Assembly (NCBI GenBank): GCA_030248215.1
Contig: JASANG010003005.1
Location: 124,001-188,000, forward strand
DNA from: Enoplolaimus lenunculus
Taxonomy: Eukaryota
Direction: 5' to 3'
DNA length: 64,000 nt
Shown here: positions 10,619 to 21,250 of the stretch, in pieces
Position numbering within the stretch: position 1 is the first letter of the stretch
How the letters are laid out: every line of letters begins with the position of its first letter
Position numbers and translations under genes: made by a program
The notes under the pieces: generated by a model
Told to the model about the DNA's origin: nothing
The model's database searches: none
Seen by the model: the letters and a program-made list of their open reading frames with translations, nothing else

Positions 10619-11349
10619 CCCCTTCTCACATTGAGTTGCCTGTAGGCAACTCAGCGCAGTGTATATACGTTGAATAGTATATATCGCACCGTGTTTAACA
10701 ATTGCAACACGTATACATAGTACTAAATCACCACAAGACGTGAGAGCGCCTCGGGCTCGAGCGTCAAGCTCCTATTGCTGAGTGGTGATGCTATACGCCT
10801 CCAACTCCAGCCAATGGAGTTCGAATCCTAGTATAAATGTAGGTCTCATTGAAAATAGAAAATATTCATGTGATAAAGGGTTAAGCGAAAAATTTTCAGT
10901 TTACTATCTATAACCCATTCTCCCATTGAGTTGCCCATAGGCAACTCAAGCTGAGTGGTGATGGTATACGCCTCCCGTTCCAGTCACTGGAGTTCGAATC
11001 CTAGCATAAAAGTATGTCTCATGGGAAATAGAAAATATTCATGTGAGAAAGGGTTAAGCGAAAAATTTTCAGTTTACTATCTATAACCCCTTCTCACATT
11101 GAATTGCCTGTAGGCAACTCAGCGCAGTGTATATACGTTGAATAGTATATATCGCACCGTGTTTAACAATTGCAACTCGTATACATAATACTAAATCACC
11201 ACAAGACGTGAGAGCCCCATCGGGCTCGAGCGTCAAGCTCCTATAGCTGAGTGGTGATAGTATACGCCTCCCACTCCAGTCACTGAAGTTCGAATGCTAG
11301 CATAAAAGTAGGTGTCAGGGGAAATAGAAAATTTTCATGTGAGAAACGG
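10619..11349 (+). mobile_element. Tandem array of three piggyBac-like tRNA-box MITEs (10619-10880, 10914-11053 internally deleted, 11087-11349)
   Basis: TTAA-CCCCTTCTCACAT...ATGTGA(T/G)AAAGGG-TTAA termini; identical spacer gcgaaaaattttcagtttactatcta between copies. Confidence 0.85.
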
Positions 11350-11416
11350 TTAAACCTGCCTATGCCGAAAAGCTTCTCAGATTCCAAGTCAACACAATCC
11401 TCCGTATTCTAATGAG

Positions 11417-11591
11417 GGCCAATGTATAGAACAGGGCCGGAATAGTAGTATATGTAAGCATATTCCTGCCTAAGCGTATGGATGAGCCTGTTTCTAAGCT
11501 TAAGCCTAAGCAAAAAAATTAGTCTAAAGCTTTAAACTGACTCTATTATAGCCCCTCCGGAAACCATCCGGCCCTGTTCTATACATGGGCC
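11417..11591 (+). mobile_element. Telomeric-repeat MITE, subfamily b, 80 bp upstream of the LAPTM-like ATG
   Basis: ~25-bp TIR GGCCAATGTATAGAACAGGGCCGGA / TCCGGCCCTGTTCTATACATGGGCC; TSD ctaatgag/ctaatcag. Confidence 0.88.
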
Positions 11592-11670
11592 CTAATCAGC
11601 GTCACTTTGTAAGTATTTAAATACACGAACCTCATTTTAAATATTAAAAATATTTAAAAATCTATATATA

Positions 11671-12825
11671 ATGTCCGCAACAGAATTATTATTGCCCCAA
11701 CGTAGTTATTGCACAAATACCTCAACTACTGGTCGGGATAGCGACGAACTACCACAATCAACAACGACACCAAAACAGCCGGTTGAATTCAATGAAGATT
11801 CCGCTAAATACTATTGTTGTTGTTTTCATGCAAAAAAAGCAACTGCAATTTTGTTAGTCTTAGACGGATTATTAACAACTGCGTTAATAATGCAAGTTGT
11901 CGGTCAGTTCGTTAAATCTGGCGGTGATTTAGATGGGCATATGCCAAATACGACTGTTTATCAGTTGACTGCATTAATTTGTGTACTGGTCACTGTTGTT
12001 TTAGGATCAATAGGGATTTATGCAAATAGCGGTCAACTTCTTGCACCGTATGCGTTATTTCGTGCACTTCTGGTTGTTGGTTTTGCAGTATGGGTAGGTT
12101 TGCTAATCAACGCCCTTGTAACAAACAAACCCTCTGGGTGGATGGTAGGATTAATTAGTCAACTAAGCGGCAGACAATTTGAGACACAAATTGAAAGTGG
12201 TCGTGACGGTCCAAATGGTCACTATGCCGCTACTAAGAACACTATCGTTGAGGTCGGATATACCGACCCAAAAACTGGTCCGGACAGTTCTACCCTGGAA
12301 TCAATTCAACTTACTGACAGATACGGAAAAAATTTTGAATATCCGGCAGCATTTAATGTTATTCTATGGTCGCTGTTAGTAAGCGCATGCTTGGGATGCA
12401 GTCTGTGCACATGGATATTCGGCACTGTGTGTGTATGTGTGCGATTTGTGTACGATAAATCGCAAGCAAGGCGTACGCTAAGATTGCTAAAACTGTCCAG
12501 ATTACGACGCCAAAGTGAATCATTTTCAGCAATGACCAGGCGGACGAACAGACGCAAATTTGTCCATTTACGAAAACAACAAACACAACAACAAACGAAC
12601 AGTCACTGTAACACCGAAACACGGCGTAAAAAATCGTCCAAGTCTACCGCAACCAATTTCAAATTAGACAATGCTGGTGGCCAAATTTCTACCCCTGATT
12701 TATCGATAGGAAATGAACTCATTCAACCGGAACATCCGGACTACAACGAGTTGTCACATCCGCTCCAGTGTCGTATTGTTATTAATGGCGCGTCTGATGA
12801 GCAATTGCACGCTATTAATGTTTAG
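11671..12825 (+). CDS. Intronless 384-aa four-transmembrane protein, LAPTM4/5 (Mtp)-like
   Basis: Long ORF with CCCFHAKKAT immediately before TM1 (LAPTM-like CC..H motif), four hydrophobic segments, LLAPY before TM3, a long TM3-TM4 loop, and a C-terminal PEHPDYNEL (PY-like plus YxxL sorting motif). Confidence 0.65.
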   Translation: MSATELLLPQRSYCTNTSTTGRDSDELPQSTTTPKQPVEFNEDSAKYYCCCFHAKKATAILLVLDGLLTTALIMQVVGQFVKSGGDLDGHMPNTTVYQLTALICVLVTVVLGSIGIYANSGQLLAPYALFRALLVVGFAVWVGLLINALVTNKPSGWMVGLISQLSGRQFETQIESGRDGPNGHYAATKNTIVEVGYTDPKTGPDSSTLESIQLTDRYGKNFEYPAAFNVILWSLLVSACLGCSLCTWIFGTVCVCVRFVYDKSQARRTLRLLKLSRLRRQSESFSAMTRRTNRRKFVHLRKQQTQQQTNSHCNTETRRKKSSKSTATNFKLDNAGGQISTPDLSIGNELIQPEHPDYNELSHPLQCRIVINGASDEQLHAINV

Positions 12826-13321
12826 CAGCGAAATATTTTTTTTGACATTTTAGTACAGAAGCGAAAATAGTCACGTTTGTGGATTTCAGTGTTCAAAATG
12901 TTTAGGCTACGCAGTCCCGGAAATGAAAAACTGGCTAAACCACAGAGTATAAAACCGTATATACAATAATGCTCACCGAAATTCACTAAGAAATCCTTTG
13001 TTATGGCAATTTTAAGTCCATGCTTGCATCACGAGAGTTTGAAGGTGATGTCAGCATAATGATATGATTGTTTTATCTCAAAGAAACATGCGTAATTTTA
13101 CTAAGTACTGAAATCTGTCAACAAAAGCAGTGATATAACTGCTTTAGGGGATAATTGTCTCGTATTATGGTTCATAGGTATTTGCAACTTTTTCACTTCA
13201 CAACGCTCCGTTCGCAATATGTAATTTTGCTTCGACAATAAAAAATGTGAAAAGATAATCGTATGATTAGTGGCAAATTTCAAATATGACACTCATTAAA
13301 CCTACAAGCAATATCATTTTC

Positions 13322-13499
13322 GGCCAATATTACTTTAAGGGACGCAACAGCAAGCAAAGCCTATTCCTAAGCTTAAGCCACAGCCTAAGCGTTGCAAAAA
13401 TGTGTTCCTAAGCCTAAGCCTAAGCAAAAAAAATGAAATCTAGAATCTAAACCTACTTTTTTATAGACTCACCGGATACTGGACGCCCCTAAAAATAAC
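13322..13499 (+). mobile_element. Telomeric-repeat MITE, subfamily c, right end truncated
   Basis: GGCCAATATTACTTTAAGGGACG start, GCCTAA core and conserved subterminal sequence; the terminal ~7 nt are missing. Confidence 0.75.
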
Positions 13500-13664
13500 T
13501 AAGGTGCAGTTACAAAGTCATGACTACACATTCTGGTTGGTTAATTCCGGTTTGTATGGTATTTTACAGGATAACGAATTCTACATAGCGAATTTTTAAA
13601 TTATAATTTGTTTGAAACATTCGCAAATTTACTTAAAATGTTTACTTGTACTCAGGAGGAAACT

Positions 13665-15889
13665 ATGACTGATACCGATGTATTGCTTGTATTAATTGTT
13701 GCAATTTTAGCTTTGTTAGTATGCCTATGCTTATTGCTAAGAAGACGAAGTAAATTTCAAAAAATGGGGGGTGCGGTTAGTATCCGGTTTAGGCATAGTT
13801 TAGAAATTAATTGGTCGGATAGCGGAAACACCTTAATTTTTCAATCACCGGTCAATGTAACGAACTGGGGAGCGGAACAGTATTATAAGAATATTCCTAA
13901 GCGTAACCTACACCTAAGCCTAAGCCTAAGCATAATAATCGGTATATTCCTGAGCCTAAGCCTAAGAGTGAGCCTAATCTAAGCGAAAATTTAGTCTAAA
14001 GCTTAAGCTGACTCTATTGCAGTCCCACAGAAAAACGTTCCGCCCCTGATCTTTACATGGGCCCAATCACCAACGACCATACAATTATCGTTGTTGGTTC
14101 TTTGTTTTGATCGAAAGTCTTGTTCGCTGTGAAAATTAGTATCAAATTTTATTATGTGGTATTAGCGAAATATGCGGTGGTTTCGTTAACGAAAATTGTA
14201 AGTTAAATGAATGGAATTTTGCCATAAATTCAACAATGGATAAGCGGGTACACATCAATTAAACATTCAGCAAAAAACAGCGAAACCGAAATCTGTTGAA
14301 CGAATAAATACTCAAGATTATTAACTGTTAAACCGACCCATGTTACTTGAAGGGGCGTCCAGGTTTGTGGTGGGTCTATAAAAGAGTGGGTTTAGATTCT
14401 AGATTACAGTTTTTGCTTAGGCTTAGGCTTAGGAATTCATTTTTGCAACGCTTAAGCTTCAGGCTTAGAATTAGGCTTAGGTTTAGGATTTCATTTTTGC
14501 AACGCTTGGGTTTAGGCTTAGGCTTAGGAATACGCTTAATCTACTGTTACACCCCTTAAAGAAACATTTGCCGAAAGAATGAATACTCAAGATTATTAAC
14601 TGTTGTGTTTAATACAAAATGTTAAGTTTATTAGAATGTTATTTTTTCAAAACTTTAGTTAATGACGAAAATTTAACAGCCCAAGATTTAGTTTTATCGC
14701 AATCTTCAAAGTTCGACAGCTGCACGCCCCATTGCATTTAAACTACATTACAAAAAAGGTTAGTCAAATTGATTATCTCCGAAATAGGCTCTACGGAAAA
14801 CAACGCAGTTTTGGCTCTGGCGGAGTCGAATTGAACTCAGATTGTGTAGTCGCGTACAGCCTATTTAGGATGAAGTCAATTTGACTCACCATTTTTTGCA
14901 GTTTATATACAAAAGTCAGTTGTAGTTTGTAAAATTTACTCACCGCTCGTTTGTCATGGATTAACATCTGTATTCTGGTTCGAAACGTTCGAAACGCAAT
15001 GAATCATTCCAAAAATTTGAATTAAAATTCCCAGTCAATAGGAGTCCGCATCCCTAATAAGAGTCCGCAAGTGGGTGGAGTCCCTAAACCATATTTAGGG
15101 TCCAAAAATATCAATTGTTCCTAATTGTAGTGCATAAACAACTCGGGGCCCAGGTAAAGTTGAGTTCGAAACTATGAAGCATACTTAAGTATTGAAAGCA
15201 CATATCTTTGCATTATCGCTCAAGCCTTTGAAACAAGATAAATAAACGTTTAATCCAGGCCGTAACCGAATAGCAGGGGACACAATCTGGAGAGGCCAAA
15301 TAAATATCAGTCCCCACTCTCATTCGGGTCACTACAGCATCATTGATTGAGGTATTTCTCCAACCAATTTGATGTGGTCTGATGGGTCAAAGTTGACATT
15401 GGTATAATAGGAATGGTTATATATGGTCCATAATGGCCATGCATCTGTTGGTAGATTTATTATTTTCTCACAAATGTTGGTCAAACAAATTAGCAAAAAA
15501 GTTCTAGTTTCAGTAATTTTGATAATTTAGCAATGCGCAGAAAATGTTGTTCACCTCGTGTCAGCAAAGACAACCACAGCTATAATCAAACGTTGCGTCG
15601 AACTGCTAGCAAAGATGCCGCTATTCAAGTAACTGAACCAGTAACGACTGTAGTTTCTCGGCAAACCGTAGAACAATCAACCCAGACATTGCCAATTGCG
15701 GTTAACACATCGTTCGAACAGTTTAAAGGTCGCGAAAAAGAAACGGTTATCGTTGAACGACGACGGAAATTCGTTCACGATATCGCCACACCGTATCATC
15801 CGGTAGTTACATCGTCTCCGAGTTCGCATAGCGTCGACGCATTACAAAAACAAAAACTGAAACGTTTGAAAATGACTAAAGAGATTTAA
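13665..15889 (+). CDS. Predicted two-exon single-pass membrane protein, 147 aa (exons 13665-13749 and 15531-15889)
   Basis: Exon 1 is MTDTDVLLVLIVAILALLVCLCLLLRRR plus one A, followed by donor GTAAAT at 13750. Acceptor gataatttag ends at 15530, and A+CA joins in frame to the 118-aa ORF 15533-15889. An upstream acceptor ctcag ends at 13655. No homologue recognised. Confidence 0.5.
13850..14063 (+). mobile_element. Telomeric-repeat MITE, subfamily a
   Basis: GGTCAATGTAACGAACTGGGGAGCGGAAC...GTTCCGCCCCTGATCTTTACATGGGCC; perfect TSD caatcacc. Confidence 0.9.
14335..14572 (-). mobile_element. Telomeric-repeat MITE, subfamily c
   Basis: GACCCATGTTACTTGAAGGGGCGT...ACCCCTTAAAGAAACATTTGCC with a (TTAGGC)n core; flanked by a 28-bp direct repeat. 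Confidence 0.8.
14746..14903. mobile_element. Palindromic TA-flanked MITE, diverged and deleted copy
   Basis: Shares TCAAATTGA..TCTCCGAAATAGGCT and GTCAATTTGACTCACCATTTTTTGCAG with the 3717 family. Confidence 0.7.
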
Positions 15890-16152
15890 TCCTTTCACTC
15901 ATAGAGTATACTAAGAGCAACTAAATACAATAATGTACGAGCAATACACACACTGTGAGCAGTGTTTAACATTTATAACATATATGCACAGTGCAAAATC
16001 TCTACAAGACGTGAGAGCTTAATCAGGCTCGAGCGTCAAGCTCCTATAGCTCAGTAGTCATCGTACACGCCTCCCACACTTGAGACTGGGGATCGAATCT
16101 TACTTTGAAATTACATCTCATATGAAATTGAAAATATTTATGTGAGAAATGG
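15890..16152 (+). mobile_element. Diverged piggyBac-like tRNA-box MITE inserted at a stop-codon TTAA
   Basis: TTAA on both sides (15886-15889, 16153-16156); shares ACAAGACGTGAGAGC...GCTCCTATAGCTCAGTAG...GATCGAATC...ATGTGAGAAATGG with the other copies. Confidence 0.75.
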
Positions 16153-16483
16153 TTAACCCTTTTTTTCACATGAGTGATTTTATAATTTAATCTAAATGCA
16201 CACTTTCAAACTAGAATCCCATATTATCCAATCTGTATAGCAACTAACATCAGTTAGTAATATGTTTTCAAACTCTCACTAACTATTACTGTTGTTCAAC
16301 TCAAAATTGGTACAGGTGTAGATCAAATCATATATGCGAAATGTGCTGAATTTTAAGAAACAATGGACAAATATGTTTTTTGGCGCTGCCGACGATTTGG
16401 GACGGCAACGAATCAGTTATTTGGCCATAACTTGTCAAGCAGAGGTCTGACTGTAAAAAGTTTAACAGTTGAACTCAGCTCTA

Positions 16484-16703
16484 CACTGTAAAAAGCGGTG
16501 AGACAAATTGACTCTCTGGGAAACAGGCTTTTCCTGACTACACAAACTAAGTCAAATTCGACTCTGCCAGAGTTGAATTCGACTCGCTGAGCGATTCAGT
16601 GAATCGAATTTGACTCTGGCCGAGTCGAATTTTGACTCAGTTTATGTAGTCAGGAGAAGCCTATTTCGGAGAGAGTCAATTTGACTCCCCATTTTTTGCA
16701 GTG
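16484..16703. mobile_element. Palindromic TA-flanked MITE
   Basis: TA-CACTGTAAAAAGCGGTGAG...CTCCCCATTTTTTGCAGTG-TA. Confidence 0.85.
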
Positions 16704-17341
16704 TACATTCTGCGTCGAATGGCATGTAATTTGTCCAACCTTTTAACAAAAATTTTTTGGGTCCCAAGAAAAAACCCTGCCGCACGGGATTTACGTTGTT
16801 TGTAACCGTGGCAAGGGGGTCATGGTTTGTCGCTCTTGATTCGACGTCAACTTTAAAATTAGGGCTGTCATATCGGGTCAACAGACATAACTCAGATGTC
16901 ATATGACACTACCTTACAAACCGCCCTCTCAGATGTTCAATCTGTATAAGTGTCGGTATGTCACGTGATACTGTCGGACATTTATGTGAATATCATAGGA
17001 TATTCTAAAATTTCAACGAATAATTATCATATGATATTCAGCAGGACATTGTAATCTGCGCGTGTTAAAGGACTAGAAAGTTGGACTACAGAGGCGCAGA
17101 TGTACTTTTAAATACCAAAAAAACGCCGGAAAATTTATTTCCGACAAAATCGTTCAGAACTACAGCGACATAATCCAAAAATTCAAATTCCAATTTCCAG
17201 CATATGATATTCAACAGAGCAATTTGGGTATGTTACCTCAAGTATGCAGACCTTTAAAAATATACCGTATGGTATTCGCAGTTCGTGAATATCATATGAT
17301 ATTGAAGAACAAATGGTGACCTATACGTCATAATAATAGCA

Positions 17342-17562
17342 CACTGTAAAAAATGGTGAGTCAAATTGTACTCTCTCGGAAATAGGCTTTTCATGACTAC
17401 ACAAACTGAGTCAAATTAGACCCCGCCAGAGTCAAGTTCGATTCACTGAATCGCTCAGTGAGTCCAATTTGACTCTGGCGGAGTCAAATTTGACTCAGTT
17501 TGTGTAGTCAGCAAAAGCCTATTTCTAAGACAGTCAATTTGACTCCCCATTTTTTTACAGTG
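17342..17562. mobile_element. Palindromic MITE (same family)
   Basis: CACTGTAAAAAATGGTGAGTC...GACTCCCCATTTTTTTACAGTG. Confidence 0.82.
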
Positions 17563-20056
17563 CCGACGAATGCGACTTACCCAGTAGTCTAATACGGACA
17601 AAATATGTCTCACGCTGCCCCTGATATAACGTTAATCTCGCATGGGACGGAACCTCATAAGATTCAAAATTTTACAAAAATTCAAATTTGGTCGAGCAGT
17701 GAAATACCAATTGCGGTAATGAAAAACTCAAATATGCTGCAATTTTCACAATACATAACTTTGGGCAACCCTGCAGTCAGGTAAGTTTTTCACAAGGGTA
17801 AGTTTGAAACCCATTGATTACAGTATGAAAATGCCATAAAAAATGCAACCGTAAACTCTGCTTAGTTAAATTTGCGAGGAGCGCAAATATTTTCAACATT
17901 TTTTCTGAAAAATAACCGAAACTTAATACAAACTAAAAAATTTTCGTCGGCTCGGTCCAATTTTTGGGGCACACGTCCCATCACTCACCTTTAGTTTACC
18001 GTCACTAGTTTACAGAAATACCGGAATTTCAGTTATATACATATTTTTACTTATATGCTGAATATTATGAAATGAAAATATCGAAATTAATTTGTTGTCT
18101 TACAAAGTTTAAGTGCATCTGCTATTTGTTCTTGAAGTTTTTCGAAATTGCAGCGTATATACATATACACATGCCTAAATTTATTTTCGGAAAATAAAGC
18201 ATCGTTGAGACCTTTTTACACAACACTGCCCGTTTCCCTTATTTTTGATATTCTTTAACACCCTATTATTAACTAATAATTGTGAATTTGTCTCTGATAA
18301 GACGTACATCAATAGCGCTGTAAATACGGAGATGTGTTTACCGAGGCTGCCTTACGATTTAGTATTAATATGCAGGGTGCAGACGGATAGTAAAAACGAA
18401 AACGCGAACGGAAAACGGATATGGAATAAAAGATTCAAAAATGTTTTTTCTGCCAACACAATTAAGACGTGCATAAATTTACCGGTATTCCAAAGATTTA
18501 AATGATGGACTATGCATTGAAATTTTTTAAGATTTTGGATTAATTTCGTAAATTCCGTTTGTATTTTAAACAATTGCAGCATATCTGTAACAAAAATTCG
18601 ATATATACGTGGTGGGTCTCGAATCCACGTATTAAACCACTGAGCTGCGCAGCCATTCAAACTTTTCGCCACAACCTACGCATACCGTATATAAGCCGTG
18701 AAACCGTGTGAGCGGAAGAGCGTCTTTCATATTTCCCAACAGATTCTGCAAAGTAGTTTAAAGTTAAGCAGTACGATGTAAATCCCTTCACACAAATGTT
18801 CAGCGATTGCGGAACTACTATAATGGTCCTTTCTAATGTTTTGCTCTTCCTAATCTAAATTTTGACTAAAGTTTCGCTGGAATTTCGAATTCGGTCGTTT
18901 TATACCAGGGAACAACCGGATATATTTGTTTTCGTTTCCGGAAAAATCAATGTCCATTTCCGTTCCAGTTTTCGTAAGAAACATAGAGATTCCAGAAATT
19001 CGGTTTGTTTTTACGCTCAACGTTTGCATTTTTTATTAAATACAGATATCATGCAAGATGAGATGAAATAAAAATTAAGGAATTCATCCAAAATCTTAAA
19101 AATTTCGGGCGTCCGCCATTTTTCTTTCAAATTTTTGAAAGCCGGGTAAATATTTGCACACCTCAATTCTATTGGCAGAAAATTGAAACATCTTTGAAAG
19201 TTTGTACTTCAATATCCGTTTTCTGTTTCCGTTATTTTGATCACAATCCGTTTCTGCTTACGTTATTTTTTCTATCCGTTTACACTCTGGTATTTACTAT
19301 AAAAGTACAACAAAAAGAGCACTAAATAACGTCACAATATTGTGACAGATATTTACTGAACATATATTGCCTGAACAATTTTTAAACTACATTGCTAGTC
19401 CAGAGGAAATTCTCGAAAAAGTAAATTAGTGAAAAGTGTTATAAGTATTTATTAAAAATAGACAGTTGTGTTTGTTTGTGGTTTCTGACCACTAATTAAT
19501 TGACTTTGTTTTGTGTTTTTCTATAATAAATTTGTCTTTGCTTCTCTTGTTCCATAGTTTGTATTTGTGATTTATATATTGTCTTCGTATACGAATTGCC
19601 TTGCTTTTATAACAAAACAGGTATACCAGCATACCTAAAAAGTCGAATTCTCCCCTTTGGTGATTTATGCTCTTTCGAATGTATGTTGTTTTGAAATTTG
19701 TTAGCTTTACAATAACTTTCTTAGTAGAAACACTTTGTTTTGATTGCAGAAAGACGAGTAAGGAAGCATGTGAGATATGCTCGTCCTGGGTCTATGCAAT
19801 ATATGCAATGAACATTGTAAAGCATATGGGCTACGCAGTGAGCGCAATGGTAAATTGCTCGCTATGAACGCGGTATCCAGTCAAAATATGGTGGGCGGTC
19901 AATGGACGACCTTGTTGAAAATTGGGGCACTTAAGCATGTATGAGACATGCTTTACCTGGTGCATATGCAATATAAGAAATGCAAATTGGATAATATGCT
20001 TGTCGGCAGCAAACGGTAGACATATATAGTAGACGATAAAAGTAGTTGGAGAAGCA

Positions 20057-20128
20057 GACTGCGTGGCGCAGTGCTGTACTGTTCGCTTAAGGATCCTTAG
20101 GCTGAGAGTTCGATCCCCTCCGCGATCC
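20057..20128 (+). pseudogene. tRNA-like sequence (tRNA pseudogene or tRNA-derived SINE head)
   Basis: GACTGCG-TGGCGCAGTG (A box)...GAGAG-TTCGATC-CCCTC-CGCGATC. Length is tRNA-like with recognisable acceptor and T stems, but the D and anticodon stems do not pair. Confidence 0.5.
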
Positions 20129-20753
20129 CCGCTCTGGAAGCTCACTCTGTCAGCTGTTTAATCATAACGCCTGAAGTTTTAGTTTCTGTCTAGACTGACA
20201 AGGCGATTTGTTTGACAAAATTTGAAGTAATATGCAGGAACAGGATTTTTTTGCGGTTTTGTGGCAAATTATTTATAAAATTGCTACTTCGAAATGAGAG
20301 TTTTGGCAATTAGTTTTGGCAATTAGTTCTGTTTTTTAATCAGTTTTTAAGTATAAATCTGAAGCGTTTTCTACAAATTTGACGGCGAAATTACTGAAAA
20401 TTTGTTTAAAATACTTTGGCTAGTTGGGTAAATAGTAACTGCAACAGTAGTTCGATGATGAAAATTGTTTCAAATGTCGGTTTCTGTTTCGGCAAGAAAT
20501 TCAATTGCTGTTCTTGTTCCAGCAAAAGTTAGTTCCTGTTAGCGTAGCAGAATAGGTTGGAATAAGTGTTTGCGATTTGTTATTTAGCCGAAAAAGTAAG
20601 GTCGCTTTGTGGGTTCTTTTTCTTGCTGTGCTCGAACGGCGGAAAACCCCAGGCGATGATGGGAAAACCTGGTTAATTGTGTATTCACAATCTTTATTAA
20701 GTTACAGTTACGCTCAAAAACTTGATAAACATGAACAGACCAGTGTTGTGCCA

Positions 20754-20931
20754 GGGGCGTAACAGTATATATCTCAGCATATTCCTATTCGTAAGGCTAA
20801 GCCTAAACTTGAGCGTAAAATAAGTACGTATAATTAAGCCAAGCAAAGTAAAAATTATATCCTTAAATCCTAGCCACCTCTATTTTATAGTATCTAGGGA
20901 AAACTGAATGCCCTTAACAGTAACATGGACC
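20754..20931 (+). mobile_element. Eroded telomeric-repeat MITE (subfamily c-like)
   Basis: GGGGCGTAACAGTA...GCATATTCCTA...GCCTAA...GCCCTTAACAGTAACATGGACC; left terminus lost. Confidence 0.55.
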
Positions 20932-21250
20932 AAACAAATGTTGCAACGGCGTGTGATATTAAGCTTCTAGTATCAGATTTCAATTAATTATCCTGCTTCG
21001 GCCGGATATTAGATCATCCGGCTCTGGCTTCGCCATTTTTTGGTATCCAATCGCACCTTAGGGATGTAAAAGGGTTTTCCCTAATATCGATTAGGCTTTA
21101 CCGCCCGACTATATGTTTTCTACAGTTTAAACTTAGAAAGAAACAAATTGTATTGTTTTCCTACAACCAACCATTCATATTAATATGGTTTTCTTTTTAG
21201 TTTTCTTAGATAACCTGTATTCCTTTAATATATACGTATATTCAAGTAAC

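Noticed and set aside
10787..10860. Functional tRNA gene inside the TTAA MITE
   Set aside because: The acceptor and anticodon stems cannot be formed; only the promoter boxes and a partial T arm remain.
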